A DNA stretch of 64,000 nt from NCBI GenBank assembly GCA_947626095.1, contig CANQQV010000004.1, positions 32,001 to 96,000 of the forward strand, given 5' to 3'. This DNA is from an uncultured Bacilli bacterium. Lineage in GTDB: Bacteria; Bacillota_I; Bacilli_A; RF39; UBA660. A program made the position numbers and the translations under genes. The notes under the pieces were generated by a model. The model worked only from the letters and a program-made list of their open reading frames with translations, made no database searches and was not told the origin of the DNA. Of the stretch, positions 28,510 through 37,732 are shown piece by piece. Positions within the stretch are counted from its first letter, which is position 1. Each line of letters starts with the position of its first letter.

Positions 28510-30420
28510 ATGGAAAAACAAGATTTGATAAATTTAAAGAATCAAATAGATAAACTTTCAGACAAAGAAAAAAAACTAAGAGATTTATACTTAAGACAAT
28601 TAGCTACCGGAGAATTACAAGGCCCACCAGTTGGATATCCTAGCCTTGATAAAATATGGTTAAAATGGTATAACGAAGAACAAATATCATTCCAAGTACC
28701 TAAAAAAAAGATTTATGATGTAGTTTACGATAGTAACAAAGAACACTTAGATGAAATTGCTTTAGAATACTATGGCAAAAATATAACTTATCGCGAATTA
28801 TTTACTAACATAGATCGTTTAGCTGCTGCCTTTAAAGCTAATGGTGTTAAAAAAGGTGAGATTGTAACAGTTGGTATGTTAACAACACCTGAATCATTAT
28901 ATGTAATGTTAGCTTTAAACAAAATTGGTGCAATTTCAAGTATGATTGATCCAAGAAGTAATGTTGAAGGATTGCATAAATATTTAACCGACAATGGTTC
29001 AAATATAGTTATTATTACCGACTTATTTGGTGGTAAATTCAAAAAAGCATGTGAGGGGACTAAAACTACTAAGATAATTTCTACATCTTTATTAGATTCA
29101 GTTAAGAATTGGCCACTAAATAGTGAGAGATTAATAAAACTTTACGAAAAACTTAATATCACTAAAAAAGTTGATAATAGTTTTACCACTCGTTATACAG
29201 ATTTCGTTGCTAGTGGCAAAGATTATCACGGAAAACTTGATAGTGAATACATTGAAGATAGCCCAGCATTAATTGTTCACAGTGGCGGAACTACTGGATT
29301 TCCTAAAGCTGTAGTGATGAGTGATAAAGCAGTATTATCTTCAGTATATCAAGGAATAAATTCTGGAATAAAATTCAAACGTGGTGAAACTTGGTTAGGA
29401 ATCATGCCATTATTTATTATCTATGGTGCAAGTACAGGAACATTACTTCCATTAATTAGAGGAATAACTATTAATCTTGTTCCATTATTTGATCCTAAAA
29501 AATTACCAAAACTTCTTATAAAGAAAAAACCAATTCATATGACATTAGCACCATCTCATTTTGAAAACCTAATATATAGTAAAAAACTAGCTAATGAAGA
29601 CTTATCATATATTGTCGCTCCAACTGTTGGTGGCGATTCAATGGATACTAAATTAGAAGAAAAATCAAATGAATGGTTAAGAAAACATGGTTGTATATAC
29701 AAAGTTGCTAAAGGATATGGTTCATCAGAAACATGTTCAGGCGTAACTGTTAACGTTTCTAACGAATGTAATAAAATCGGTAGTGTTGGAATTCCGTTAC
29801 CTCTAACTACAGTTGCTATTTTTAACCCAGATTCCGAAGAAGAATTAACTTATGGAGAAATTGGTGAAGTATGCGTCCAAGGTCCAACAGCAATGAGTGA
29901 ATACCTTAATAGTCCTAAAGAAACTGAACAAGTATTAAAAACTCATTCTGATGGTAAAACATGGGTTCATACCGGTGATTTAGGATACATTACTAAGGAT
30001 GGATTTATCTACATAACAGACCGAATCAAAAGAATGATTATTAATTATGGAGGATTCAAAATCCTACCATCATATGTTGAATCTATTTTAAACAATTTCC
30101 CTGCAATAGAAAAAAGTGTTGTTATCGGTGTTAAAGATGAATTGCATGCTCAAGGTGAAGTTCCTGTAGCTTGTATCACTCTAAAAGATCCGTCAGCTAA
30201 ATTATCTATAGAGGAAATTAAAAAATATTGTAAGCAATATATTAAAGATGAACATCAAATTCCAATTGATTTTGTTATCTTAGATGAAATTCCTTATATT
30301 CCAACTAATGGAAAAATAGATATTAAAGAATTAAAAAGAATAGTTAATGAATCACAACATAAAGAGCAACCAGAAAAAAAATTATATCAAAAGGTTATGA
30401 AAAAGGTATTACATAAGTAA
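28510..30420 (+). CDS. Long-chain acyl-CoA synthetase-like adenylate-forming enzyme with N- and C-terminal extensions
   Basis: HSGGTTGFPK, GYGSSE, HTGDLG, DRIKRMI, NGKID motifs. Confidence 0.9.
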   Translation: MEKQDLINLKNQIDKLSDKEKKLRDLYLRQLATGELQGPPVGYPSLDKIWLKWYNEEQISFQVPKKKIYDVVYDSNKEHLDEIALEYYGKNITYRELFTNIDRLAAAFKANGVKKGEIVTVGMLTTPESLYVMLALNKIGAISSMIDPRSNVEGLHKYLTDNGSNIVIITDLFGGKFKKACEGTKTTKIISTSLLDSVKNWPLNSERLIKLYEKLNITKKVDNSFTTRYTDFVASGKDYHGKLDSEYIEDSPALIVHSGGTTGFPKAVVMSDKAVLSSVYQGINSGIKFKRGETWLGIMPLFIIYGASTGTLLPLIRGITINLVPLFDPKKLPKLLIKKKPIHMTLAPSHFENLIYSKKLANEDLSYIVAPTVGGDSMDTKLEEKSNEWLRKHGCIYKVAKGYGSSETCSGVTVNVSNECNKIGSVGIPLPLTTVAIFNPDSEEELTYGEIGEVCVQGPTAMSEYLNSPKETEQVLKTHSDGKTWVHTGDLGYITKDGFIYITDRIKRMIINYGGFKILPSYVESILNNFPAIEKSVVIGVKDELHAQGEVPVACITLKDPSAKLSIEEIKKYCKQYIKDEHQIPIDFVILDEIPYIPTNGKIDIKELKRIVNESQHKEQPEKKLYQKVMKKVLHK

Positions 30421-30430
30421 TACTTTTTTT
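30403..30430 (+). terminator. Intrinsic terminator after acyl-CoA synthetase gene
   Basis: AGGTATTAC-ATAA-GTAATACTT plus T run. Confidence 0.65.
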
Positions 30431-30473
30431 AAATATTATGATATAATATACACATACGATAGGGGTAATTAAT

Positions 30474-32735
30474 ATGATGATAGCAATTAGTTTTGAAATC
30501 TGTTCTTTTTTATTTATTTTTTTAGCATCATGTTTTTATTTTTCTAAAGAAAGAGTCGAATCAAAAGAAAATAAGATATATACAATAATTGTTTTTTGCA
30601 CTTTCTTTGCTTTAATTGTGGAATTTCTTTGCGTGTCATCATCATTTGAAAACCTTAGTACAAACAGTCTTTATATATATATTATTTCTAGATTAATGTT
30701 GATTTCCATCTTTTGGTGGGGTGCTTTCTTTCTTGTTTATTTTTATAATATTACACTTGGTGAAAATAAAAAATTCCCTAAAGGTATCTTTATCTTGTAT
30801 CTTTTAATTATTACAGTAGTATTGTTATTAGCACCATTAGATTTCTATTACGATGGTGAAATGGCCTTTTCATACGGCTTAGCAGTAAACTTATTATACA
30901 TAATAAGTGGTGTTGAACTAATACTTGATGTTATCTTTATTGCAAAGAAATTTAAAAGCATTGATAAGAAAAAAGCTATTCCTCTTGTTTCGTTAATTGT
31001 TCTAATGACTTTATCTATAATTATTAGAACTATTTTCCCAGGCATAAATCTAATAGCAACATCATTTGCTTTAGTTGTCTTTGTCATGTACTTCACCATT
31101 GAAAATCCCGATGTTAAAATGCTTGAACAAGTATCAATCGCTAAAGAAAATGCCGAAAAAGCTAATCATGCTAAAACTGACTTCCTATCAAATATGTCCC
31201 ATGAAATAAGAACACCATTAAATGCTATAGTCGGTTTTAGTGAATCTTTAAAAGAGGATAAATTACCTGATAGTGCCAAAGAAAAAGTTAATGATATCAT
31301 CATGGCTTCAAATAACTTACTTGAAATTGTAAATGGTATTTTAGATATCTCAAAGATAGAAGCTAATAAATTAGAAATAATTAATAAAGAATATGATATT
31401 AAGCTAATGCTAGATGAACTAGTGGCTTTAACTCAAGCCAGAATAGGGGATAAAGGTTTAGACTTTAGAGTTAATATTGATAAATCAATTCCTCGTATTT
31501 TATATGGTGATTCGTCAAGATTAAAACAAATATATTTAAATATTTTAACAAATGCGGTTAAGTATACTAAAGAAGGCTTTATTGAATTTACCGTTTCTAC
31601 CGTTATTAAAGAAAATGTTTGTCGTTTAATTGTCTCTGTTGAAGATAGTGGAATTGGTATTAAAAATGAAAATATTGATAAAATATTTTCTAAATTTGAA
31701 AGATTGGATGTTGAAAAACAACAGACAATTGAAGGAACAGGATTGGGCCTTGCTATCACCAAAAAACTAGTTGATCTAATGCATGGTAAAATAGTAGTTC
31801 AATCAGTATATGGTAGTGGTTCCAAATTTACCGTTTCTATAGATCAAAGAATTATCGCTGTAGATCCTCCTAAACAAAAAGAAACAATTCTGTCTGACAG
31901 TAAGTTGATTAATGCTGAAGGAGCTCGTTTATTAATTGTCGATGATAATGAATTAAATATTAAAGTTGCTATTACTTTACTAAAAAAATACAATTTTAAT
32001 ATTGATTCATGTACTAGTGGTGGATTGTGTCTTGAAAAGATTAATAAAGGTGAACAATATGATATGATTCTTCTAGATGATATGATGCCTAAATTAAGTG
32101 GTAAAGAAACCTTAGAAAGATTAAAACAAATTAAAGGATTTAATACTCCTGTAATTGCTTTAACAGCTAATGCTATATCTGGTATGAAAGAAGAATACTT
32201 AGGTTTAGGTTTTGATGATTATTTAGCTAAACCAATCGAAAAACTAGAACTTGAAAGAGTTATAAGACAATTCTTAAACAAGAAAAATAGTAATTCAACT
32301 AATACAACTTTAAAAAACAATATTTCATCCATTGTTAATACCAAAATAATTGAAATTAGTAGTGATACAGCTTCTAAAAAAATTCTCATTGTCAATGATG
32401 ATAAAGAAATAACCAACAAATTAGAAAAAATCTTTATAACTAATGACTATTCTGTAATAACCCTAAATAGCGGAGTAAGTGCTATTGAAAATGTCATTGA
32501 TAACAAATACGATTTAATGATCATTTCAAATAAATTACAAGATATCGATGCCATTGAATTTATGGAAAATGTAAACTCTATCGAAGGTTTTAATATTCCA
32601 GTTGTCCTACTTAAATCTAAAAAAGATAAAGTAGATAAAGAAACTATATTAAAACAAGGATTTAGTGCCTACTTAAATAATGAAGCCGATGAAGAAACTA
32701 TAATTAATATTATTGAAAAAATATTGAATAAATAA
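30474..32735 (+). CDS. Hybrid sensor histidine kinase (~7 TM - HisKA - HATPase - REC - pseudo-REC)
   Basis: FLSNMSHEIRTPLN, NAVKYT, DSGIG, GTGLGL; REC with LLDDMMP and KP; second degenerate REC. Confidence 0.93.
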   Translation: MMIAISFEICSFLFIFLASCFYFSKERVESKENKIYTIIVFCTFFALIVEFLCVSSSFENLSTNSLYIYIISRLMLISIFWWGAFFLVYFYNITLGENKKFPKGIFILYLLIITVVLLLAPLDFYYDGEMAFSYGLAVNLLYIISGVELILDVIFIAKKFKSIDKKKAIPLVSLIVLMTLSIIIRTIFPGINLIATSFALVVFVMYFTIENPDVKMLEQVSIAKENAEKANHAKTDFLSNMSHEIRTPLNAIVGFSESLKEDKLPDSAKEKVNDIIMASNNLLEIVNGILDISKIEANKLEIINKEYDIKLMLDELVALTQARIGDKGLDFRVNIDKSIPRILYGDSSRLKQIYLNILTNAVKYTKEGFIEFTVSTVIKENVCRLIVSVEDSGIGIKNENIDKIFSKFERLDVEKQQTIEGTGLGLAITKKLVDLMHGKIVVQSVYGSGSKFTVSIDQRIIAVDPPKQKETILSDSKLINAEGARLLIVDDNELNIKVAITLLKKYNFNIDSCTSGGLCLEKINKGEQYDMILLDDMMPKLSGKETLERLKQIKGFNTPVIALTANAISGMKEEYLGLGFDDYLAKPIEKLELERVIRQFLNKKNSNSTNTTLKNNISSIVNTKIIEISSDTASKKILIVNDDKEITNKLEKIFITNDYSVITLNSGVSAIENVIDNKYDLMIISNKLQDIDAIEFMENVNSIEGFNIPVVLLKSKKDKVDKETILKQGFSAYLNNEADEETIINIIEKILNK

Positions 32736-32775
32736 ATATATTGTAATAAAATTAAGATAGGATATGGTGGTAAAT

Positions 32776-33549
32776 ATGAAAGATATCAGTTATTTAAAAG
32801 AACATAATGTTGATGTCAATAGTAGTCTAGAACTATTTGGTGATATAGATACATATAATGAAACCCTAATTGAATTTAAAAATGGTCTTGATGGTAAGTT
32901 AGATCAAATTGATAAATTCTTAAAAGATCAAGATATGCCAAATTATGCCATTTATGTTCATTCATTAAAGAGTGATTGTAAATACTTCGGCTTTCTTAAA
33001 CTAGCTGAAATAGCATATGAACATGAAATGAAAAGTAAAGCCAATGACTATGCCTATGTTAAAGAAAGCTATCCATCTTTATTAGAAGAAGCTGCAAATG
33101 TTAAGAAAATTGTTAATGAATACTTAGGTGGAACTGAATCAATATATCAAGATAAAGAAGAATCAAGTAAAGACGTTATCTTAGTTGCTGATGATTCAAA
33201 AGTAATAAGAATATTTGTTAAAAAGATTTTTAATGAAGAATATGAACTTGCCTTTGCTAAAGATGGGGAAGAAACCTTAAATATCATCAAATCTCATGAA
33301 AACGATGACCATCTTAAAGCTATTTTACTTGATTTAAATATGCCTAAAGTAGACGGTTTTGCAGTCTTAGATTATATGAAAGAAAATAATCTATTAAGTA
33401 AGATGCCTGTTACCATTGTAAGTGGTGATTCATCAAGCGAAGCTATTAATAAAGCTTTTACATATGATATTGTTGATATGTTAAATAAACCATTTAGTGA
33501 AGCTAAAATAAAAGAAGTAGTTGAAAAAACAATAAATAAAGTAAGCTAG
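32776..33549 (+). CDS. Hpt-REC phosphorelay protein without output domain
   Basis: VHSLKS Hpt motif; ILVADDS, LLDLNMPKVDGF, KPF receiver. Confidence 0.88.
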   Translation: MKDISYLKEHNVDVNSSLELFGDIDTYNETLIEFKNGLDGKLDQIDKFLKDQDMPNYAIYVHSLKSDCKYFGFLKLAEIAYEHEMKSKANDYAYVKESYPSLLEEAANVKKIVNEYLGGTESIYQDKEESSKDVILVADDSKVIRIFVKKIFNEEYELAFAKDGEETLNIIKSHENDDHLKAILLDLNMPKVDGFAVLDYMKENNLLSKMPVTIVSGDSSSEAINKAFTYDIVDMLNKPFSEAKIKEVVEKTINKVS

Positions 33550-33627
33550 TTTATCTAGCTTTTTTTTGGAAAAAATTGCTGAAAAACGCATTTAATGTTA
33601 AAATAAGGCAAGTAATGGGGGATACAT

Positions 33628-34617
33628 ATGTCTACAAATGATTTTGAATATAAAAGTTTTATTGCCAAACAAAAAATGACTTTAAATGAAATAACTGAAT
33701 ATTATTTGTCTTTAAGAAAATATGAACATGAGCAAGGAATAGCATTAACAGATCCAAAATATCGTGATAAAATTCACTTTATTTTGTATAGTTTAATAAA
33801 ACTAAGCCGTATTTTATCTGGTGAAAAAATTATAATTGTTAACGATAAACATCACAAAACATCTAATCCAACAATTTTTGCCTCAACTCATGTCGGCGGT
33901 GACGATGTTCAAATAGCATTTGAAGCAATTAAAGAACGCGCTTATTTATTCTTAGGTGACCCTAACGATATCTACCAAAGAATCGAAGGGTTGTTGCTAC
34001 ATTTAAATGGTGTCATATGCTTAGAAACTAGAGATAAAGAAGATCGTCAAATCGCCTATAAACGTGCAATTGAACTACTTAAAATGAAAAAGAACTTATT
34101 AATTTTTCCCGAAGGTGCCTGGAATGTTTCAGCAAATTTACCTGTTATGAAATTATTCAATGGTACAACTCGTATGGCCCTTGAAACGGGTGCCGAGATT
34201 GTTCCAATGGCTTTAGAGCAATATGATAAAACTTTCTACGTAAATATTGGCGAAAATTTATCGTTCTCCCAATCTTCAGCAATCACAGTAAACGATTATA
34301 CATCAATTCTTCGTGATGCTCTAGCTACTTTAAAATGGGAAATATGGGAAAAATATGGTCAATGTCATCGTGAAGATATTCCTGAGCATTATGAAGATTC
34401 ATTTGTTACAAGTATAATGAACCGTTCTGATTATGCATACGATGTTAACGATATTTATGAAACATTATATGTTGATAAAAAAATAACTCGTCCTGAAGAT
34501 GTATGGTCTGGCATTTCAGAAATCGAAAAAATCACTAAAGATAACGCCGACGCCGTAGCTTATGCACATCATTTAGTTAAAGAAAGAACATCAGGTATCT
34601 ATAAATATAAATTTTAG
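33628..34617 (+). CDS. PlsC-like lysophospholipid acyltransferase
   Basis: STHVGGDD (HxxxxD), IFPEG, A...GA.IVP. Confidence 0.85.
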   Translation: MSTNDFEYKSFIAKQKMTLNEITEYYLSLRKYEHEQGIALTDPKYRDKIHFILYSLIKLSRILSGEKIIIVNDKHHKTSNPTIFASTHVGGDDVQIAFEAIKERAYLFLGDPNDIYQRIEGLLLHLNGVICLETRDKEDRQIAYKRAIELLKMKKNLLIFPEGAWNVSANLPVMKLFNGTTRMALETGAEIVPMALEQYDKTFYVNIGENLSFSQSSAITVNDYTSILRDALATLKWEIWEKYGQCHREDIPEHYEDSFVTSIMNRSDYAYDVNDIYETLYVDKKITRPEDVWSGISEIEKITKDNADAVAYAHHLVKERTSGIYKYKF

Positions 34618-34689
34618 AACATTTCTTATGTTCTTTTTAATTGAAAAAAAAAACTATTAGTGATAACCTTATAATAGAGGTGAAATGCA

Positions 34690-36591
34690 ATGAGCGATAT
34701 CCTATTAACCTTTGCATCACTAGCAATAACAATAGTTCTCATTACAATTTTTATTGTTAAAAAGAGTAGTAACAATATCGAAACAAAAATTTACATTCGT
34801 ATGCTAATACTAAATGTAATATTTTGCCTAACTTGTATTGCAACATTTTATATTGCAAAGTTAAATAAAGATGTTTTTTTAATCGCAATCTTTCAAAAAA
34901 CATTTATGGTTGAATTGATATTTTTAACTATTTGCATGCTCATATACAATATTTATTTATTAAAAATTAAAGAAAATACCAAAAAAATATTTTCTTATGC
35001 CTTATTTTTATTTGGAACATTTATCGCAGTTGCTACATATATTGCTCCATTGACAGTTATAAATACCAAAGATCTTTTAGATGGATATGGCGTATCCTAC
35101 GATATTGTATATACAGCAATCATTATTCTCTTTTTAATAATCGTTTTTACTTGTATCAAACGAATAATTGAAGAAAAAAAGCTAATAAAAAATATTCCAT
35201 CATTTGTTTTAATAACTTTATTTGTAATAGGCTTTTTCATTAGAGAAATGTTCCCATCTGTTATGTTTGAATGTTTCTTCTATTCATATGTTCTTCTAAT
35301 TATGTATTTCACCATTGAAAATCCTGATATAAAAATGCTCGAACAAATATCTTTAGCTAAAGATCAGGCCGAAAAAGCAAACGCAGCAAAAACTGACTTT
35401 TTATCAAGCATGTCTCATGAAATAAGAACTCCATTAAATGCTATAGTTGGTTTTAGTGAAGCGATTAAAGAAGAAGATACATTAGAAGCTGCTAAGCAAG
35501 ATGCTAGCGATATCATCCTAGCTTCCCAAAATTTGCTAGAAATAGTTAATGGTATTCTTGATATATCTAAGATCGAAGCAAATAAAATGGAAATTGTTAA
35601 TTCTGAATATAATCTTGCTGAAGAATGCAAGCTCCTAGCAAAATTAGTTAAACCTCGTATTGGTGAGAAACCAATTGAATTAATATCAAATATCGCCAAA
35701 GACATTCCTAAAACTCTATATGGTGATAAATCCAAGATAAGAGAAATATTAAGTAATTTACTTACTAATGCCGTAAAATATACTGAAACTGGGACAATTG
35801 AATTCAATGTAAGTTGTATTAATAAAAATGATGAATGTTCACTTGTTTTTTCAGTCGAAGATACAGGTCGTGGTATTAAACCAGAAAAAATAGATAAATT
35901 ATTTACTAAATTTGAAAGATTAGATGAAGATCGTAATACAACAATTGAAGGAGCAGGATTAGGTCTTGCTATAACTAAAAGTCTAGTTGAAATGATGGGT
36001 GGTAAAATAATTGTTCAATCAGTCTTTGGTAGCGGTTCTAAATTTACTGTTTATTTAAAGCAAAAAATTGTTCCTGAAAAGAGATATCATCTAAACAATG
36101 ATTTTACCAAAGAATCATTAAATCTTTCCGGTAAACGTGTTTTAATCGTTGATGATAATAATTTAAATATTAAAGTAGCTGATCGGTTACTAAAAAAATA
36201 TAATCTTATCGTTGATTCATGTGAGAGTGGTCGTGAATGTCTTGAAAGAATTCAAGAAGGTGAAATATATGATTTAATTCTCATGGATGATATGATGCCT
36301 AAAATGAGTGGTACTGAAACCCTTCACTTATTAAAAGAAATTCCATCTTTTAAAGCAAGAGTAGTCGCCTTAACTGCTAATGCTATAGAAGGTATGAAAG
36401 AAAAATATATTACTGCTGGTTTTGACGATTATCTATCAAAGCCTATGGATAATAAAGAATTAGAACGAGTACTAAGAAAGTTCTTAAACAAAGAATATAA
36501 TAATTCATCTTTTGAACCATTACCAGATGACTTCTACGAAATAAGTGAAACAGCTATTATTAACATTAATAATATTGATAAAGAAAAATAA
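34690..36591 (+). CDS. Hybrid sensor histidine kinase (~7 TM - HisKA - HATPase - REC), paralogue of 30474
   Basis: YFTIENPD, FLSSMSHEIRTPLN, GAGLGL, LMDDMMP. Confidence 0.93.
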   Translation: MSDILLTFASLAITIVLITIFIVKKSSNNIETKIYIRMLILNVIFCLTCIATFYIAKLNKDVFLIAIFQKTFMVELIFLTICMLIYNIYLLKIKENTKKIFSYALFLFGTFIAVATYIAPLTVINTKDLLDGYGVSYDIVYTAIIILFLIIVFTCIKRIIEEKKLIKNIPSFVLITLFVIGFFIREMFPSVMFECFFYSYVLLIMYFTIENPDIKMLEQISLAKDQAEKANAAKTDFLSSMSHEIRTPLNAIVGFSEAIKEEDTLEAAKQDASDIILASQNLLEIVNGILDISKIEANKMEIVNSEYNLAEECKLLAKLVKPRIGEKPIELISNIAKDIPKTLYGDKSKIREILSNLLTNAVKYTETGTIEFNVSCINKNDECSLVFSVEDTGRGIKPEKIDKLFTKFERLDEDRNTTIEGAGLGLAITKSLVEMMGGKIIVQSVFGSGSKFTVYLKQKIVPEKRYHLNNDFTKESLNLSGKRVLIVDDNNLNIKVADRLLKKYNLIVDSCESGRECLERIQEGEIYDLILMDDMMPKMSGTETLHLLKEIPSFKARVVALTANAIEGMKEKYITAGFDDYLSKPMDNKELERVLRKFLNKEYNNSSFEPLPDDFYEISETAIININNIDKEK

Positions 36592-36617
36592 AACATGCTC
36601 GGTAAAAGCATGTTTTT
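36590..36617. terminator. Bidirectional terminator between convergent genes
   Basis: AAAACATGCT...AGCATGTTTTT. Confidence 0.75.
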
Positions 36618-37530
36618 ATATATTCTCCAAATATTTTTTATTTATATATTTGTTAATAAAATCATCTTTAATTTCAATATATTCAATCGATAACATATAA
36701 TAATCATTATTTAGATTATCTTTCGTCTTATTAAATTTATTTTCTAAAATATCTAGCTTTTTGCTGATTTTCTTATAAGTGTTTTTTCCTAATACTTTAT
36801 CAAATTCTTTTTCTAAAATATTATGCGTAAACAAAATATTCTTTTTAAGTAATTCTTGTATTTCAGAATAGTTATATAAAGGTCTGAATAAATTCACTAA
36901 AATATCTAAACCTTCAATTTTATATGTATCCAAATCAATATTTTTAAATTTTTGTAAAATATTATTAAACTTTTTATTTTTAATATTTAATTCTCTTAAT
37001 CTTAATATATTTTTAATTATATCTTCAACGAATAATAAATTAAATATTTTATCAATTGTATAATTATTGTTATCAATAAGACCAGTTTTATAATAATCGT
37101 ATCTAATTTTTATTTTATCAGTTAAAGAATATTTTTTATTTTTATTAAATAAAATTAAATTTAATTCATAAGTTAAATATTCTAATGTTTTAATAAATGA
37201 ATTATCGATTTTTCTAAATAATAACTCGTTTTGAATGTTAATTGTCGGAAAATCATAAGATAAATCTAACCACTTCGTTTTATAATTGTTATTTGTCGGA
37301 TTAATATAATAGTTTAATTTATTAAATGCTCCATGATAGTTAAAATTAGTGCAAGTAATAACCGAATATATATCGTCAATAAAATCATCACCATATTTAA
37401 GAATCATTCCTGTTGTTATTAAATATAAATAGTCGTGCAATTCTTGCGGATAATCTTTTTTATCTAGTAAAGCGTCTAAAGTGAAGGTGACATGATTAAC
37501 TAAAGTATTAATATTTATCTTTTCATTCAT
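36616..37530 (-). CDS. Hypothetical protein (very AT-rich)
   Basis: 304-aa ORF with GGGAGG RBS and TTGCTT-17-TAGTAT promoter. Confidence 0.7.
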   Translation of the reverse strand: MNEKININTLVNHVTFTLDALLDKKDYPQELHDYLYLITTGMILKYGDDFIDDIYSVITCTNFNYHGAFNKLNYYINPTNNNYKTKWLDLSYDFPTINIQNELLFRKIDNSFIKTLEYLTYELNLILFNKNKKYSLTDKIKIRYDYYKTGLIDNNNYTIDKIFNLLFVEDIIKNILRLRELNIKNKKFNNILQKFKNIDLDTYKIEGLDILVNLFRPLYNYSEIQELLKKNILFTHNILEKEFDKVLGKNTYKKISKKLDILENKFNKTKDNLNNDYYMLSIEYIEIKDDFINKYINKKYLENI

Positions 37531-37732
37531 GATATTTCCTCCCTGTTGCCGTGTATACTAGCACTCATAATTTAAAAAAGCAAATTTAACTTAAATTTAA
37601 AAAATAAAATAATTAACTAAAAAAACATAGAACTTAACACATTTATTTAATAAAAATAAATAATATCGAAAAATAATTAAAAATATATGCTATAATATAG
37701 AAGAAAATAGATAATAGAAAGATGGTGTAGCC

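Noticed and set aside
31085-36490. DNA-level similarity between two regions as a repeat or mobile element
   Set aside because: Explained by paralogy of the two kinase cores.
37558-37584. CIRCE-like half site (CTAGCACTC)
   Set aside because: Second arm (AAAAGCAAA) does not match GAGTGCTAA; the sequence is explained as the minus-strand promoter of the 304-aa gene.
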